Assembly (NCBI GenBank): GCA_964016885.1
Contig: OZ024743.1
Span: 161,324,001-161,388,000, forward strand
Reading direction: 5' to 3'
DNA from: Eledone cirrhosa
Lineage: Eukaryota
DNA: 64,000 nt
The translations under genes and the position numbers were made by a program. Of the stretch, positions 12,547 to 24,949 are shown piece by piece. The first letter of the stretch is position 1. Every line of letters begins with the position of its first letter. The notes under the pieces were generated by a model. That model searched no databases and was not told where the DNA came from. It was given only the letters and a program-made list of their open reading frames with translations.

Positions 12547-12752
12547 AACTATCTACTACTAGTTATTATAACTGCTGTAGTATCACTGACTGGACAAACC
12601 ACCACCATTACTACTATTTCTATTTTTTCTTCATACTTTTTTATTTTTTTATTTTTCTATCCGGTTTCTTCCATTCATTAATTTAAATTTAAAAATTTAT
12701 TTTTATATTTATGAACTGCTGTTGCTCACGCTGTCTCTATCTCTCTCCTTCC

Positions 12753-12756
<4 letters not shown>

Positions 12757-12819
<63 letters not shown>
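12757..12819. repeat. (CT)n microsatellite
   Basis: Direct reading. Confidence 0.95.
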
Positions 12820-12821
<2 letters not shown>

Positions 12822-13537
12822 CATACCACTATTTTCTCTATAATATCTTTCTTAACTACATTGTCTCCATTAGTTTTAATTAAATTTAATTTAAAAAGAA
12901 AGACCCTTTCAATTAAACACTGACCAACAACACTAAACTGATATGATCTGGAACTAGAGCCTATAAATCTGACATGGTGTGTTAGATTACATTTTAGAAA
13001 AGAAAAGTAGTAATCAAATAAATAACAAACAACAACAACACAAAAAAATAATAATATTTGTTCTGTTGTGTCTAATTACCATGTTTTAATTAATAATTAT
13101 TCTGAAATTTGTATTCAGATTTGAAATTAAGTTTTTTTTTTTAAAGTCAATAATGTTAAGACATTGGAATCAACTTGTGATATTTTGGTGGGTTGGAGTT
13201 TCTTTCCAGGCATTATTTGGAAAATGGTGATTTTAGGATCCAAACTACAACTAAAGTTATATAAACCTTGTAGATAGGCTCTTATCTCTCTTTTAAAGTT
13301 CATATCTAATTTTTGTTGCATCCAAAGTATAGCTGACTTTGTGTATCTAGATACGTCTATTGTGTAGCTGCAGGTGAATTCTGATTGAGGAGACCTATGA
13401 TCAAAAGTATTCCAGCCATTATCATCTCATACTTTTTTGTAAGTATAGTGGTTGCTGATTGAATTGTGACAATGAAGAGTAGAGAGGACCTAAGATTGGT
13501 GCCATGATAAAAAGCATCCAGTAAACTCTGTAAAATA

Positions 13538-13688
13538 GGTGGCGAATTGGCAGTCTTTGGAATGTCACATATAATGCTTTGCCATATTCGTTTTCACTCC
13601 CTGCTCTTTGAGTTCAAATCCCGCTGAGGTCAACTTGGACTTTCATCCAATTAAGGTCAATAAAAGTACCAGTTTAGTACTGGAGTCA
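13538..13688 (+). mobile_element. Diverged tRNA-derived SINE copy
   Basis: gaattggcagt...gagttcaaatcccgctgaggtcaacttggactttcatcc...aaagtaccag. Confidence 0.7.
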
Positions 13689-13825
13689 CAGATGCTCTAG
13701 GAACATAACAACACATGAATACCAGGGGACTTAGTCTTACATTCTTCCACACCATTCGACGCATTGAGCAGTAAGTACTCGCCAATGGTTATGATCAGCT
13801 GCGGCTTTTTCACATCCGTGTCTCC

Positions 13826-13889
13826 AAGAAATGGAAAAAGATGAGTATTGACGTACATGTACATCAATACTCATCTTTTTCCATTTCTT
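13826..13889. repeat. 64-bp spacerless palindrome (one mismatch)
   Basis: aagaaatggaaaaagatgagtattgacgtaca followed immediately by tgtacatcaatactcatctttttccatttctt. Confidence 0.95.
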
Positions 13890-13998
13890 AGACGGTTCTA
13901 AATGTCACTATCAGGCTAAAATTTCTTTAGTAAAAAATTACAATGAAAGCTTCTATTTCTAATTTCAAACGCGCTCGCTGTTTCAAAACATACTTACT

Positions 13999-14040
<42 letters not shown>

Positions 14041-14043
<3 letters not shown>

Positions 14044-14634
14044 GGTGCTACTGGTAACATGTATCCCAGTACAACCTGTCTCATGGTCGGGTCATTGGCG
14101 ACTAAACTGGCAACCCCACCAAGGTTTCTTGGTGAGGAGGGTGACTTTGGACATCCTGCACGACTAAAAACAAAACCTGTCAAAGGGCAAAGGAGCTCTT
14201 AAGAGTCAATGGCCATCCAAAATCACCGGGAGAGATGACCCCTTAGCCTTTGTTAAGGCAGAATTCTAGGAGAAGGAAAACTCTGATATAACACCTGCAA
14301 CCCTGATGGTATCCAATGATGTTGACTTGTTCTTCTTTTTGGTAAATATCATCTTGGTTAAGAGAGTGGGACTGGTTTTGTGCAGTGCCTTTGCTCACTA
14401 TAAAAGCTTCACGGCACAGGCATTGCTTTATATCTGGAGATCTCTCTGCACTTGTCGTCACATGGTACCATGGGCCCAGCACTATGTGTCAATAATTGTC
14501 ACAAGTGTAGTGTTTGTACCAGAGTTTTCAAGTCGCTGGCTGGACTAAAAAGTCATACTCGTTCAGCGCATCGGTAGGGGTTCTCCTACATGGATATAAA
14601 GTAGTGGCCGTACTCGAAAACGAGTTGGCAGCCA

Positions 14635-14637
<3 letters not shown>
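14041..14637 (+). mobile_element. Non-coding, probably RTE-derived bipartite element between two (TA)n arrays
   Basis: Contains tctaggagaaggaaaactctgat (RTE 5' UTR-like motif) and a 3' hairpin ctcg-aaaa-cgag before (TA)n; homologous inverted copy at about 26016-26320. Confidence 0.65.
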
Positions 14638-14701
<64 letters not shown>

Positions 14702-14702
<1 letters not shown>

Positions 14703-15623
14703 TAGCAGAATGGCACGGTGTTGCTCGGGCTTCTAAATATAGATTGGCATGTTTATCCCTCCTTTCTGAAACAGTACAGAGTAGTACGGAATACCTTGGC
14801 ATGGGGATGGTGTCTACATTTTGTGCTTAGGCAAATAATTTTTCATTAAGATTTTTCAAAAGCATGTAATTGCGTTCCCTCTCTTTTGTTGTTGTTGTTT
14901 TTGCTGCTGTTGGTTTTGCTGCTGTTGGTCGTACTACTAATACAGTCTCATCCTTCTTCAGCCAATCATGTATATCCCCTTCTGCCTCGTCTACCTAAAC
15001 AATGATTGTAGCACCTCCTTGTACACAATGTTTCTTGTTCTTCCATGTCGGGCATATGCAAAGAGATTTGTCTTGCTTCCCACTCTTGAGCAGCCAACGT
15101 ATAGTTGCCCATGTGAAAAACATGACTCTTCCAAAAGAAGACCAGCAACAGTTAGGGTCTGACCCTGGGATTTGTTGATAGACATTGCAAAGCTGACACG
15201 GTTTGGCAAATGGTTCGTTGGTTGTCTGTTTCAAGTGCTCTTCTGGTGGCAGTACATTCAGCATCTTGCGACCATAGAATAGCAGATTTCACTGACGATT
15301 TGTTTGCCCGCCTTGTTTTTTTTTTGCCGCTTTCGCAGTATTTCGGCCAATGGAGTATATCTTCCTTTGAAGCATGACCTAAAAGCTGGACGAAGTACAC
15401 TAAGACTAACTGGTAGAGTAAGGAGTAAACTCGTCAGTGATGCTTGTGATTTCTGAACCGTTGACTATGTAATTGCTGGCCTTGTGCCAAAAGTAGTGGG
15501 ACTTTTTAGGTGGCATATCAGCAGCAACAATAACGATAAGCCGTCTGTGCTTTCATGAAATAAATAAGTTTGTTTATATTTTGTTTTTGTGTATGCAAAA
15601 ATATATGTACACAAATATATAAT

Positions 15624-15657
<34 letters not shown>

Positions 15658-16345
15658 AAAGTTTAAGCAAAGAATCGCTGCTTTCACCCTTAACGAAATC
15701 TTCTGAAACAAAAAAAATCAATATGTGAACGCAGAAGTAAATATTTCGAAAAACGTTGCAACCGAAGGAAAACAGGAAGATGATAGTTTGGTTTGTAAAG
15801 ACGTTCCCTGGCAATGAACGGAAAATAGCGAAGATAATACGTCGGCAATGAGAACAATTTTTGTCATAACGTTGTAATGCAGACATCCAGACATGCAGAC
15901 AGATATTATAAGGGTGCGACATTATAGCTATGTATCTACTTAAAAAGACAGACTAAGAAAGAGTGAGAGATCGATAACCAGCGATTAACACCCCTTTAAC
16001 AACAGAAAATTGAAAAATAAAAGCTACAGTTAATATCTGTTTCTACGTTAGGCACAAGGCCAGCAATTACCCAGTACATTACTGGTACTTTATTTTATCC
16101 ACCCCGTAAGGATGAAAGGCAAAGTTAACCTCGGCAGGATTTGAACTCAGATCGTAAAGGGACGTAACTCTATGCTTCAAAGTATGGTGTCCGACTCTCT
16201 ACCGATACTGCCAATCCACCGCTACAGTTAATATCTTTAGACCGCAAGGAATATATAAATACAAGTCGAGTAGAAATGTGGATTTGTACAGACTTTGCAA
16301 AAATTAGGGGACACACACAGAGACAATTTCAGTTTTATATATATG
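14702..16345 (-). mobile_element. Internally deleted Helitron (RepHel N-terminus joined to PIF1 helicase C-terminus)
   Basis: Minus 3' end: imperfect hairpin then CTAG|T at 14702; PIF1 motifs SFAMSINKSQGQTL...CFSHGQLYVGCSRV...NIVYKEVL (14991-15209); N-terminal-like IGRNTAKAAK...RRALETDNQR near 15215-15375; Helitron-like 5' start tatatataaaactgaaattgtctctgtg near 16345. Confidence 0.85.
16039..16220 (-). mobile_element. tRNA-derived SINE inserted in the Helitron, 16-bp TSD
   Basis: TSD gctacagttaatatct at 16023-16038 and 16221-16236. Confidence 0.92.
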
Positions 16346-16639
16346 TATATATATATATATATAAATAAGAGTGAATGGGTATATAAACCCATCAAATACA
16401 TGTTCCTTTGTGGTTGATTGGATGATATATATGTCTTCTGATAAGCATCCAATTAGATCCACAAATCAATTGAAGTTGTTTATCATTTTTTCAATTTGGC
16501 TTGTTTACATTCTTTCATATTAGATATTTGTATATATCTATATACATTGGTACAATCTCAATTACACCCTCTGTATTCATACAGATATAACTTTATCATA
16601 CACTTAAGCTATCAGCCCACTTCTATATATATATATATA

Positions 16640-17950
16640 TATTTCGTTTCTGAATTTGTTTAGCAAGATTCTTTATCTGAAAACGTGTGTTGAAACCGAT
16701 ATTGTTATACTTTGGGAGGGTCATGTTGCCAATAAGAAACACACGCACCAGTTGCTTTCACTTCAATTTATTATAATAAATTTATAAATTTAGGAATTTA
16801 TAAATTTCCGGTTGGTTGGTTGTTTCCACAACCAGATGGTTGTTTATATATTGTCAAAGTTCTTTCGTCACACATTCTGTGACCTCTTCAGTGACTGGGG
16901 ATTCTTTTCTTTGTTTTTTGTGCCTCTCCTTTGTTCTGTCCTACGCCATCTTGTTTTTGTGTGTGTGTTGTGTGCTTAGTTTGCGCATGTGTTACATCCG
17001 GGTGTCTGTGTGTGTTTATATTCGTTTATTTATTTGTTTATTTACATGTTACTGGTTGGTTGTTTGTTCTATGTGCGTGTGTGTTTTCATTTTGTCCTTA
17101 ATTGTAAGTTGTGATATTGCTGTTCCACTCATGTTTTCTATTTAATTTTGGTTGTAATTCATTTATGTTTATTGCCTCTGTGATTTGTCTAAACATTGCG
17201 TCTTTTCTGTGTGTAGATTCTATTTTTATTTCTATGTTCTCTAATTTACCCTTATGTTCTATTTTAGCATGTTGGTAGAGTACAGATGATTCTTTACTAT
17301 CTTGAAGGTCTCGCCAGTGTTCATTTATCCGTTCCCCTATACTACGAGCTGTCTCACTTATGTACACTATATTTTTATCTCTACATTGTCCTTCAGTACA
17401 TCTTATGCTATATACTACATTTCTAGTTTTACAGTTAATATGGGGGCTTAATTTACAGATTATACATTTCTTATCTATACAGGGAGGTCTTTGAATAGGG
17501 TATGTCTTGCTAATAAGTGTTTTTATGGAGGTACCTGGTCTTTCTACTATCTTAATATTGAGTTTATGTTTATCTAGGGCCCTTCTAAATTTGTAAGCTA
17601 ATTCACCTCTAGGGGTTGTATCGATGAACATTACACTCTGGTATTTATTGCTATCATACAATGAGTTTATTCTATTAGTCTTATTCCTAGTTCTTTCTAT
17701 TCTATTCCAAAATTTGCTCCTATACAAGGGGCAGGTCCCATTTGTGTCATTATTTACCATTTTTTCCCATTTGGTTCTGGCTCCTCTATACACTCTGATT
17801 TTATCTCTCTGATTGTAACCAGAGAACTACATACGGTGGATGAAGTGTTGTATGTGTCTCTCTAGTTCTTTGGGGTTGCACATGCGGGACACGTTTCTCA
17901 TCACCCGTACCAAATCCGCAATCAGTATGTTGATTTTGGTATGGTCCGAA
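16640..17950 (-). mobile_element. Penelope-like retroelement 3' part (thumb, Cys linker, GIY-YIG endonuclease and 3' region); second PLE lineage
   Basis: ORF 17098-17793: CIDKKCIIC..NCKTRNVVYSIRC..IVYISETARSIGERINEH..SVLYQH..RQITEAINI..LNRKHEWN; extends upstream through one stop (KINILIADLVRVMRNVS..FIHRM*FSGY) to about 17950. The 16640 boundary is approximate. Confidence 0.88.
16853..16895 (-). ncRNA. Hammerhead-like motif in the PLE 3' region
   Basis: Minus: gtca CUGAAGA g gtcaca-gaatg-tgtgac GAAA gaactt tgac; stems I and II pair, stem III is shorter than canonical. Confidence 0.55.
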
Positions 17951-18103
17951 ACACCTGAGTTTCGGTGGATCAGATATTTGGAAGTCATGAAGAGTCACAG
18001 CCAATGATGTCTGTCACCGAAATATATATAGCAGTACATCTTTAATAAACGAAGCCAAATTTTAAATATTTGACTTAATTACTTTATTTTATATATATAT
18101 ATA

Positions 18104-21100
18104 TCATCATCATCATCATCAACTTCGTTTAACGTCCATTTTCTATGCTAGCATGGGTTAGACGTGAGTTGTCCCAATTTGAGTCAAGGTTGGTCGGGTG
18201 ACCGTGTCTCGCTCATATAGGACTATCTGGCAGGTTTTCTATGGCTGGATGCCCTTCCTCACACCAACCACATTTACAGTGTGGAACTGGGAACTTTTTA
18301 CCATGTTACCTACACGGCCACATTACAGCGTGGACTGTGTGTTTTTTTGTCGTGACACCTACACGATCTCATTTGTTTCGGCCTGGATGGTGTGGCACCA
18401 ACATAACTTTACATAGAAGGGGGCGGTGTGGATGGGGTGGGGTGGGTGGGACAGGGGTGTATTTTGTTAGAGATGCCTACGCAATCTCGATCTCATTATC
18501 TCATTTATTTGGACTGGATGTTGTGGTACCAACTTTACAGAGAGAGGGTGGTGTTGGTGGGAGTAGGAGGATAGGGTAGGGGTAGTGGATTGGGGTGTAT
18601 ATTTGGTTAAGAGGTGCCTACTGACTAGGTTTCGCTTTGTACATAGGCTAGACGGGTCTTCTGTATTACTGCATAGCGCCAAAATCTTGGTCCAGTAACA
18701 TTGTCTTAGATAGGTGCAAGTGTGTAAGGTCGGAATTTATTAGATCATCCCAGGTTTTTCTGGGTCTACCTACTCCGTAACTACCATCAATTTTGATCGC
18801 CCTGCACTTTTTTATACAGCTGTCATCCTTCATGCGCATCACGTGGCCATACCAACATAGTCTTCTCTCAAGTAAACAGCATCTGATCCCTCTTATTCCT
18901 AATTTCTCACTTAGTTCATTTATGCTTTGCCGTTCACGTATATTACTATTACACATCCAACGGAGCATGCATGCTCCGTTCCTTTCCAGTCTGCGCAGGT
19001 CCTCTGCACGTAATGCCCATGTCTCACTGCCATGTAGCATTGCTGTTCGTATACAAGCATCATACAATCTGCCTTTCATTTTTAGAAAGAAACCTTTTGT
19101 GGCCAACAGTGGTATAAGCTCTCTGAACTTTTTCCATCCTGTCTGACTCTGGCTACTGTACTTTCAGAACACCCTCCTCCACTGCTGATTTCGTCACCCA
19201 GATAATGGAAAGTGTCTGCTATTTCTGTAGAACCATCTGGGCAATAAAAGGAGCTAGTATCCTGTGGACACTTGCTACTTATTGCACCTGAGCATCGGCC
19301 ACATATAAAGTCTACGTTCTTAGATAGTTTATCTGTGATCCCACTACATCTTTTATGTACCCATACTTTGCATTTGGGACATAAAATGGAATTTCTGCCT
19401 ACTCTTTTCCTACACACTGAACATGGCCATTTCCCTGAGGGCACCTGTGCTCTATTTTCCTTTCTATAAACTAGAACTTTAGTCTTAGACAAGTTAACTT
19501 TAAGGCCTTTTGATTCTAGGCCATGCTTCCATGTTTCGAATTTCTTCTCTAGTTCAGCCATTGATTCAGCTATGAGCGTTAGGTTCCCATGGGCAGCCGG
19601 TCATGAATTCCTCTGTTATAGCCTGAAGGGCAATAATAAATAGGAGGGGGCTAAGGACAGAGTCTTGATGAACGCCAACTTTTACACTAAATTCTTCACA
19701 ATATTCATTATTAATTCTAACCTTACTGACTGTTTCATTATACATAGCTTGTATAGCTCTCACAAGCCATTCATCTACACCTAGTTTTCTAAGAGCCCAC
19801 CAGATAATGGAGCGGGGGACTCTGTCAAAGGCGTTCTCCAGGTCTACAAAAGCTAAGTAGAGGGGATTACTTTTAGCTAGGTACTTCTCTTGTAGTTGTC
19901 GTACAAGGAAAAGAGCGTCTGTGGTACTTTTACCTGACACAAACCCAAACTGCATTTCATCTAGATCAATTCGCTCTCTGATTAGTTGCGCTATAACTCT
20001 TTATGTGACCTTCATGACCTGGTCAACTAACTTAATGCCTCTATAGTTTCCCCTATCTAGAGCATCCCCTTTACCCTTGTAGCAGTTAATGATGATGCTG
20101 CTATGCCAGTCTTTCGGTATGACCCCATTCTGTATTACTTGGTTAACTATACAGGTGACCGTAGTGTGTCCCACCATAACAGATGCCTTCAACATCTCAG
20201 CAACTATCTCCGAAGGCTCAGCTGCCTTGCCTGTCTTCATATCTTTGATTGCCTTACTTATTATACTACCTTTAACTTGCACCGCTGGTCCTTCTATTGG
20301 ATCGATTTGGGGCAGACTATCTTTTTCCCATTTATTCTCCTCATAGTGACACTTCCAGGCTATCTTCTTACCAGTATCAGTGAGTGCAAGTACACCGTTA
20401 TCATTACAGACACACTTCTCGCTGACAATATCACGGTTTTCCTTGACACATTGTCTAGCAATCCTGAACACCTCACGTTGTAGAACATGCTTGAACTTTC
20501 TATCCTCTGCTACCCTTTTTGCAAGGTACACTTGTTTCCTAGCTTCTCTCCTGGCCACTTGATAGTGCTCTCTACTTCCCCCATCCTGCCATACTTTCCA
20601 AGCCTGCTTTTTGGCCTTGGTTGTCTCTTCCACCTTACTGTTCCACCACCAAGTTACTCTCCTCCTGCCAATAAGTCTGCTCCAGCCACAGACTTCATCC
20701 GTTGCTTTCAGCAGGTTCACTTTTAAGAATTGCCACTGTTCCTCTATATCGCACGTCTCTAAATTGCTCTTCCTTATTGTCAACGGCATCAAGTAATAAG
20801 CTTTTAAATTTGTCACTGGCTATGGGGTCCTTCAACTTCCATATTCTTCTCCTCAAGGTAGGCCTCTTCTGTCGTCGAGTACGTCTATTCCTGACTATGA
20901 GTTCACTAACTACTAGGCTATGTTGGGAGGTGCAATATTCACGGGGTAGGGATTTAGTGTTTACAACAGACACTTTGTCCCATTTCTAGAAAGGATATAA
21001 TCTATCTGGCTTGCGTGTTCCCCTGATCTATAGGTGATCAAGTGGTTTTCACGTTTTTTTAAGTTTGTGTTACAGATAGTTAGGCTATTTGCGTCACAGA

Positions 21101-21900
21101 ATTCCAGGATTCTGAAGCCTTCCTCATTTCTATTTCCAACCCCATAGCCTCCATGGATTCCATCATAGCCATCACTATGTTGTCCAACGTGACCATTTAG
21201 ATTGCCAGCAATAATTAAGTAGTCGCTGTCGGTTATTTGTGAGGTAGTGTGCATTAGCATCTCATAGAACCTGCCCTTTATAACGTCAGGTAGACCAGAT
21301 TGGGGTGCATAAGCGGATATTATTGTCACAGTAGTTCTATTTAGAACTAGTCTTAATTTAATTATTCTGTCATTCACTCTATTTACGTCGATTACCTTAT
21401 CTACCCATTTTTCAGCTAACATAATTCCTACACCACCCTGTCCGTTGTCATTTCCCACCCAGAAAAGTTTATAGCATCGTTTTTTACCCACGATAAATCT
21501 GGCAGACCCCCCCCCCTCCCCACCTAGTCTGTTGAATACAACAAACATCAACTTCTTTATGTTCAAGCATCTCTACAACCTCATTTGAGTGACCTTTCAA
21601 TGTGCCTACGTTCATGGTAACAACTCTGAAGTTGGGAGGGTGGGATGGATGGGTTGGAGGGGCAGGGAGGGGTGTAGGAGACGGAATTTTGTTGGTCATC
21701 CGTGTCTGAAATAAAGAGGGGTCCTTGTATTCTCGTCTTGCAGCGGGAGGTGAATTTATCTTTATCTGAAACATTGTCATTGAGTGGTTAGACTTTTCAA
21801 ATTTCCGCAGTCAACCCATCAAACAGGTCTAAACTTAAGGAGTAGTAACTGAGGTGGTAGCTTTGTTATACTGATTTGTTAGAGAACTTACTAAAGCCGC
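18104..21900 (-). mobile_element. Near full-length RTE LINE (APE endonuclease, RT, PHD-type finger), multiple frameshifts, inactive
   Basis: MNVGTLKG, GVGIML, ISAYAPQ, IAGNLNGHVG, SQIDYIL (APE); KGKGDALDRGNYRGIKL, QFGFVSGKSTTDA, AFVDLENAFDRVPR, GVHQDSVLSPLLF (RT); LHGSETW, WYGHVMR; (GAT)n tail. The 5' boundary is uncertain and may reach about 22190. Confidence 0.95.
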
Positions 21901-22197
21901 TGAGTTATGATTGGACTATATAGCAATGGTGGTGAGTGGGGGCGGGCAGGCGGGAAATAGGTAACTTTAGGAGAAGGTTAGTTTTTAGGAAGGGTCCAAC
22001 AGATTGAGACATATTAAAAGCATGTAAAATAATAATTGAAAATCAGAGAGGAAAACGGAGAATTTGAATTTTAGACTGGCATAAATAAGAGTTTAAAACA
22101 CTGCTTATTGAGAAGACTATGGATAAAAGAAAAGACAAGTATTGCTTACATTCTCAAATTTGACAGATCGTCCATAAGATAGATTAGATGGATAAAT

Positions 22198-22200
22198 TAT

Positions 22201-22263
<63 letters not shown>

Positions 22264-22281
22264 TATATGTGTGTGTGTGTG

Positions 22282-22314
<33 letters not shown>

Positions 22315-22340
22315 ATATACATACACACACACCCACACAT
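22198..22340. repeat. Compound (TA)n/(TG)n/(CA)n microsatellite
   Basis: Direct reading. Confidence 0.9.
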
Positions 22341-23544
22341 GTCTGTATGAGAAAGAGAGAGATAGTGAAAGCAAGAAAACAGTGTGGTATAAAAGCATTT
22401 ATACAAAATATATGTCATTACAATTTGAATGGAATGTGTAGATGTTGAAGCAATGTAAAGAAAATATAAAAGAAATACACAAGCTCTATTATTCAAATCT
22501 AATCAGTTAGTAGTCAAGCTTCCATCTTAAGTGACACTAGCTCATTGCTAAACAGTCTTATTCTGTTGAAACTTCTGATAATGTAAGCACTAAATAGTTT
22601 GCATTCACACTTCATAATTTTTTAAGTATATGTTAATATCTAGTTTTATACTTTTTTTAACCAATTCACTTACTACACATGCACTTGTTTTGTTACAGTA
22701 GACATTCTTATATAGTTTTACAAAATAGAGTAATCAGAGTAGGTGGGGTTAGTAGTCCTTATGATTTTAAAAATCCCTCATAAACTACGGAGATTGATGT
22801 GGAATGTATGAGAGAAGTGTAAATGGAGGTTCTGCCATAACTGATCATTTTCATGGAGCTTTTGGAAGTGATAAGGAAGCCACACCACATGCTCTGTATG
22901 TTTATGTTAACTCTTAACGTCCACATGAAACTGCATTAGCAAGACATTCTTAAAAAGTGTAAAACAGCATAACTCCATTAAAGATTGCAGTGTTCACTCT
23001 ACTGCAAATTTTCACAACAATCTAACAATCTATCCACCGATAAAAACACTATAATCATTTGAATTAACAAACCTGTTTTTAAATATTTTCTGATGTTAAG
23101 AGTTAAACAACTGTTGCTGCTGTTAGCCTCAAGCCAGGCTTGATTAAGAAGTCCTATGATAATTATAGCTTCCATCTAGCCCTGACCATCCCATCTTAAC
23201 TGGTAAGGTGCAGTATGAGGATGTCTTTAACACTGCTATAAAAATTATTTTGCTTTTTCTTCTCTTCCTCCTCCTTCTACTTCTCTTCATCCTCTTTCTC
23301 TGCTACCTCCTTCTTTTTCTTCTCTGGATTGGCAGAATCAGTAGAGTTATATTTGAAGTTCAAATCTCACAGAGATTGACATTGATTTTCATCCATCAAG
23401 ATAAATATAATATGTACCATTCAAGTGGTGGGGCTGCAAAATCAAAATCATTATTTGTGTTTATAGAATGACTCCCCTCTACCCCATTCCCATCACTGCC
23501 TTTCCAGCATGGATGAGACCTCAACTAGTACACAGTTACTGAAA

Positions 23545-23800
23545 AGTGGTAGTGTTGGTGCGAGGATAAAAAGCACCCAGTTCACCCTGTAAGCTGGTAG
23601 TACTGGTGCCACAATAAAAAAAAACCTAGTCCACAATAATATGCACCCACTACACATTGTAAAGTTGTTGGCATTAGGAACCATCTAGCTATAGTAACCA
23701 TACCAAAAATGGAGTGTATGAGCAAGGCATGGTCATTTTTTTACCTAGCCTCAGAAGGTGATGATCTATCCCACCCATAGAAAATAGACATTTAATGGTA
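23545..23800 (+). mobile_element. Diverged RTE-tail short element
   Basis: ataaaaagcacccag...gtaaagttgttggcattaggaa...aaaatagacatttaatg. Confidence 0.55.
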
Positions 23801-23925
23801 ACAATGCTGAAATTAATTGAGACCTGTTTACCCTCCTAAACTGATTACTGCTATTTCTCTTTTTAAGATTAATATCATACATGCATGTATGTATGCTTGC
23901 ATGCAAGCTAGTAGGCATATATGAA

Positions 23926-24388
23926 TCATCATCATCATCATCATCGTTTAACGTCTATCTTCCATGCCAACATGGGTTAGACTGGAATTGTCCCACTTGA
24001 GGCAAGATTGGTCAGGTGACCGTGTCTCACTCGTATAGGACTGTATCTGGCAGGTTTTCTACGATTGGATGCCTTCCTAACATCAACCATATTTGCTGTG
24101 TGGACTGGGAGTCTTTTTACCATGTCTCCTACACGACCACTTTACAGCGTGGACTGGGTGCTTTTTGTCGTGCCACCTACACAACCACTTTAGTATTGGT
24201 TGGATGTTCTGTGGTACCAACATAACTTTACTGAGAAAGGGTGGAAGTGGGAGGATGGAGTAGGGGTAGTGGGTTGGAGTGTATATTTGGTTAAGAGGTG
24301 CCTACTGACTGTCGGTTTAACTTTGTACATAAGGGAAGGCGGGTCATCTGTATTACTGCGTAGCGACAAAGGTCTTGATCCAGTGACA
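23926..24388 (-). mobile_element. RTE LINE 3' end fragment
   Basis: (cat)n cgtttaacgtc tail and UTR colinear with 18104-18700. Confidence 0.9.
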
Positions 24389-24949
24389 TATCTATATAGA
24401 TATCTGTATACAGAAATATATATATAAATACCTATGTATGTATGCATATATACCTATATATTAATGGATATGTTTTATGTATAAGTATGCATGAACAGTC
24501 AAGCATTAACTGATTAAGCACTCAGTACAGTATAGATTATATAGAATACATATAGAGTGAACCTTTTCTTTCTGAAATAAAACACATATCTATATATATG
24601 TAGGCATCTATGCAAAGACATACACAAATACACACACTGCTGGGTTTTTATATGCATACAGTATATAGATGACATGACCAGCAATATGTGTATGATTACT
24701 ATGACTGCTTCAAACGCTACTACTCCAATTGTTGCTCTTCATTTTTACCTTATCCTTTTGCCACCACTTCAGAAAGAAGCCAATATTTTGTTAACTTCAA
24801 GCAGATTTATTGTAAACATAGAAAGGATTTTTTACAATTTCATTTATTTTTCCTTGTGTAATGTATACATTTTAGAAGTGTGTATTTTTGTGTTTATCTC
24901 TTTCACCAGTGATAAAGCAACAAAGCAGAGCATTAATATAGAAATTTAT

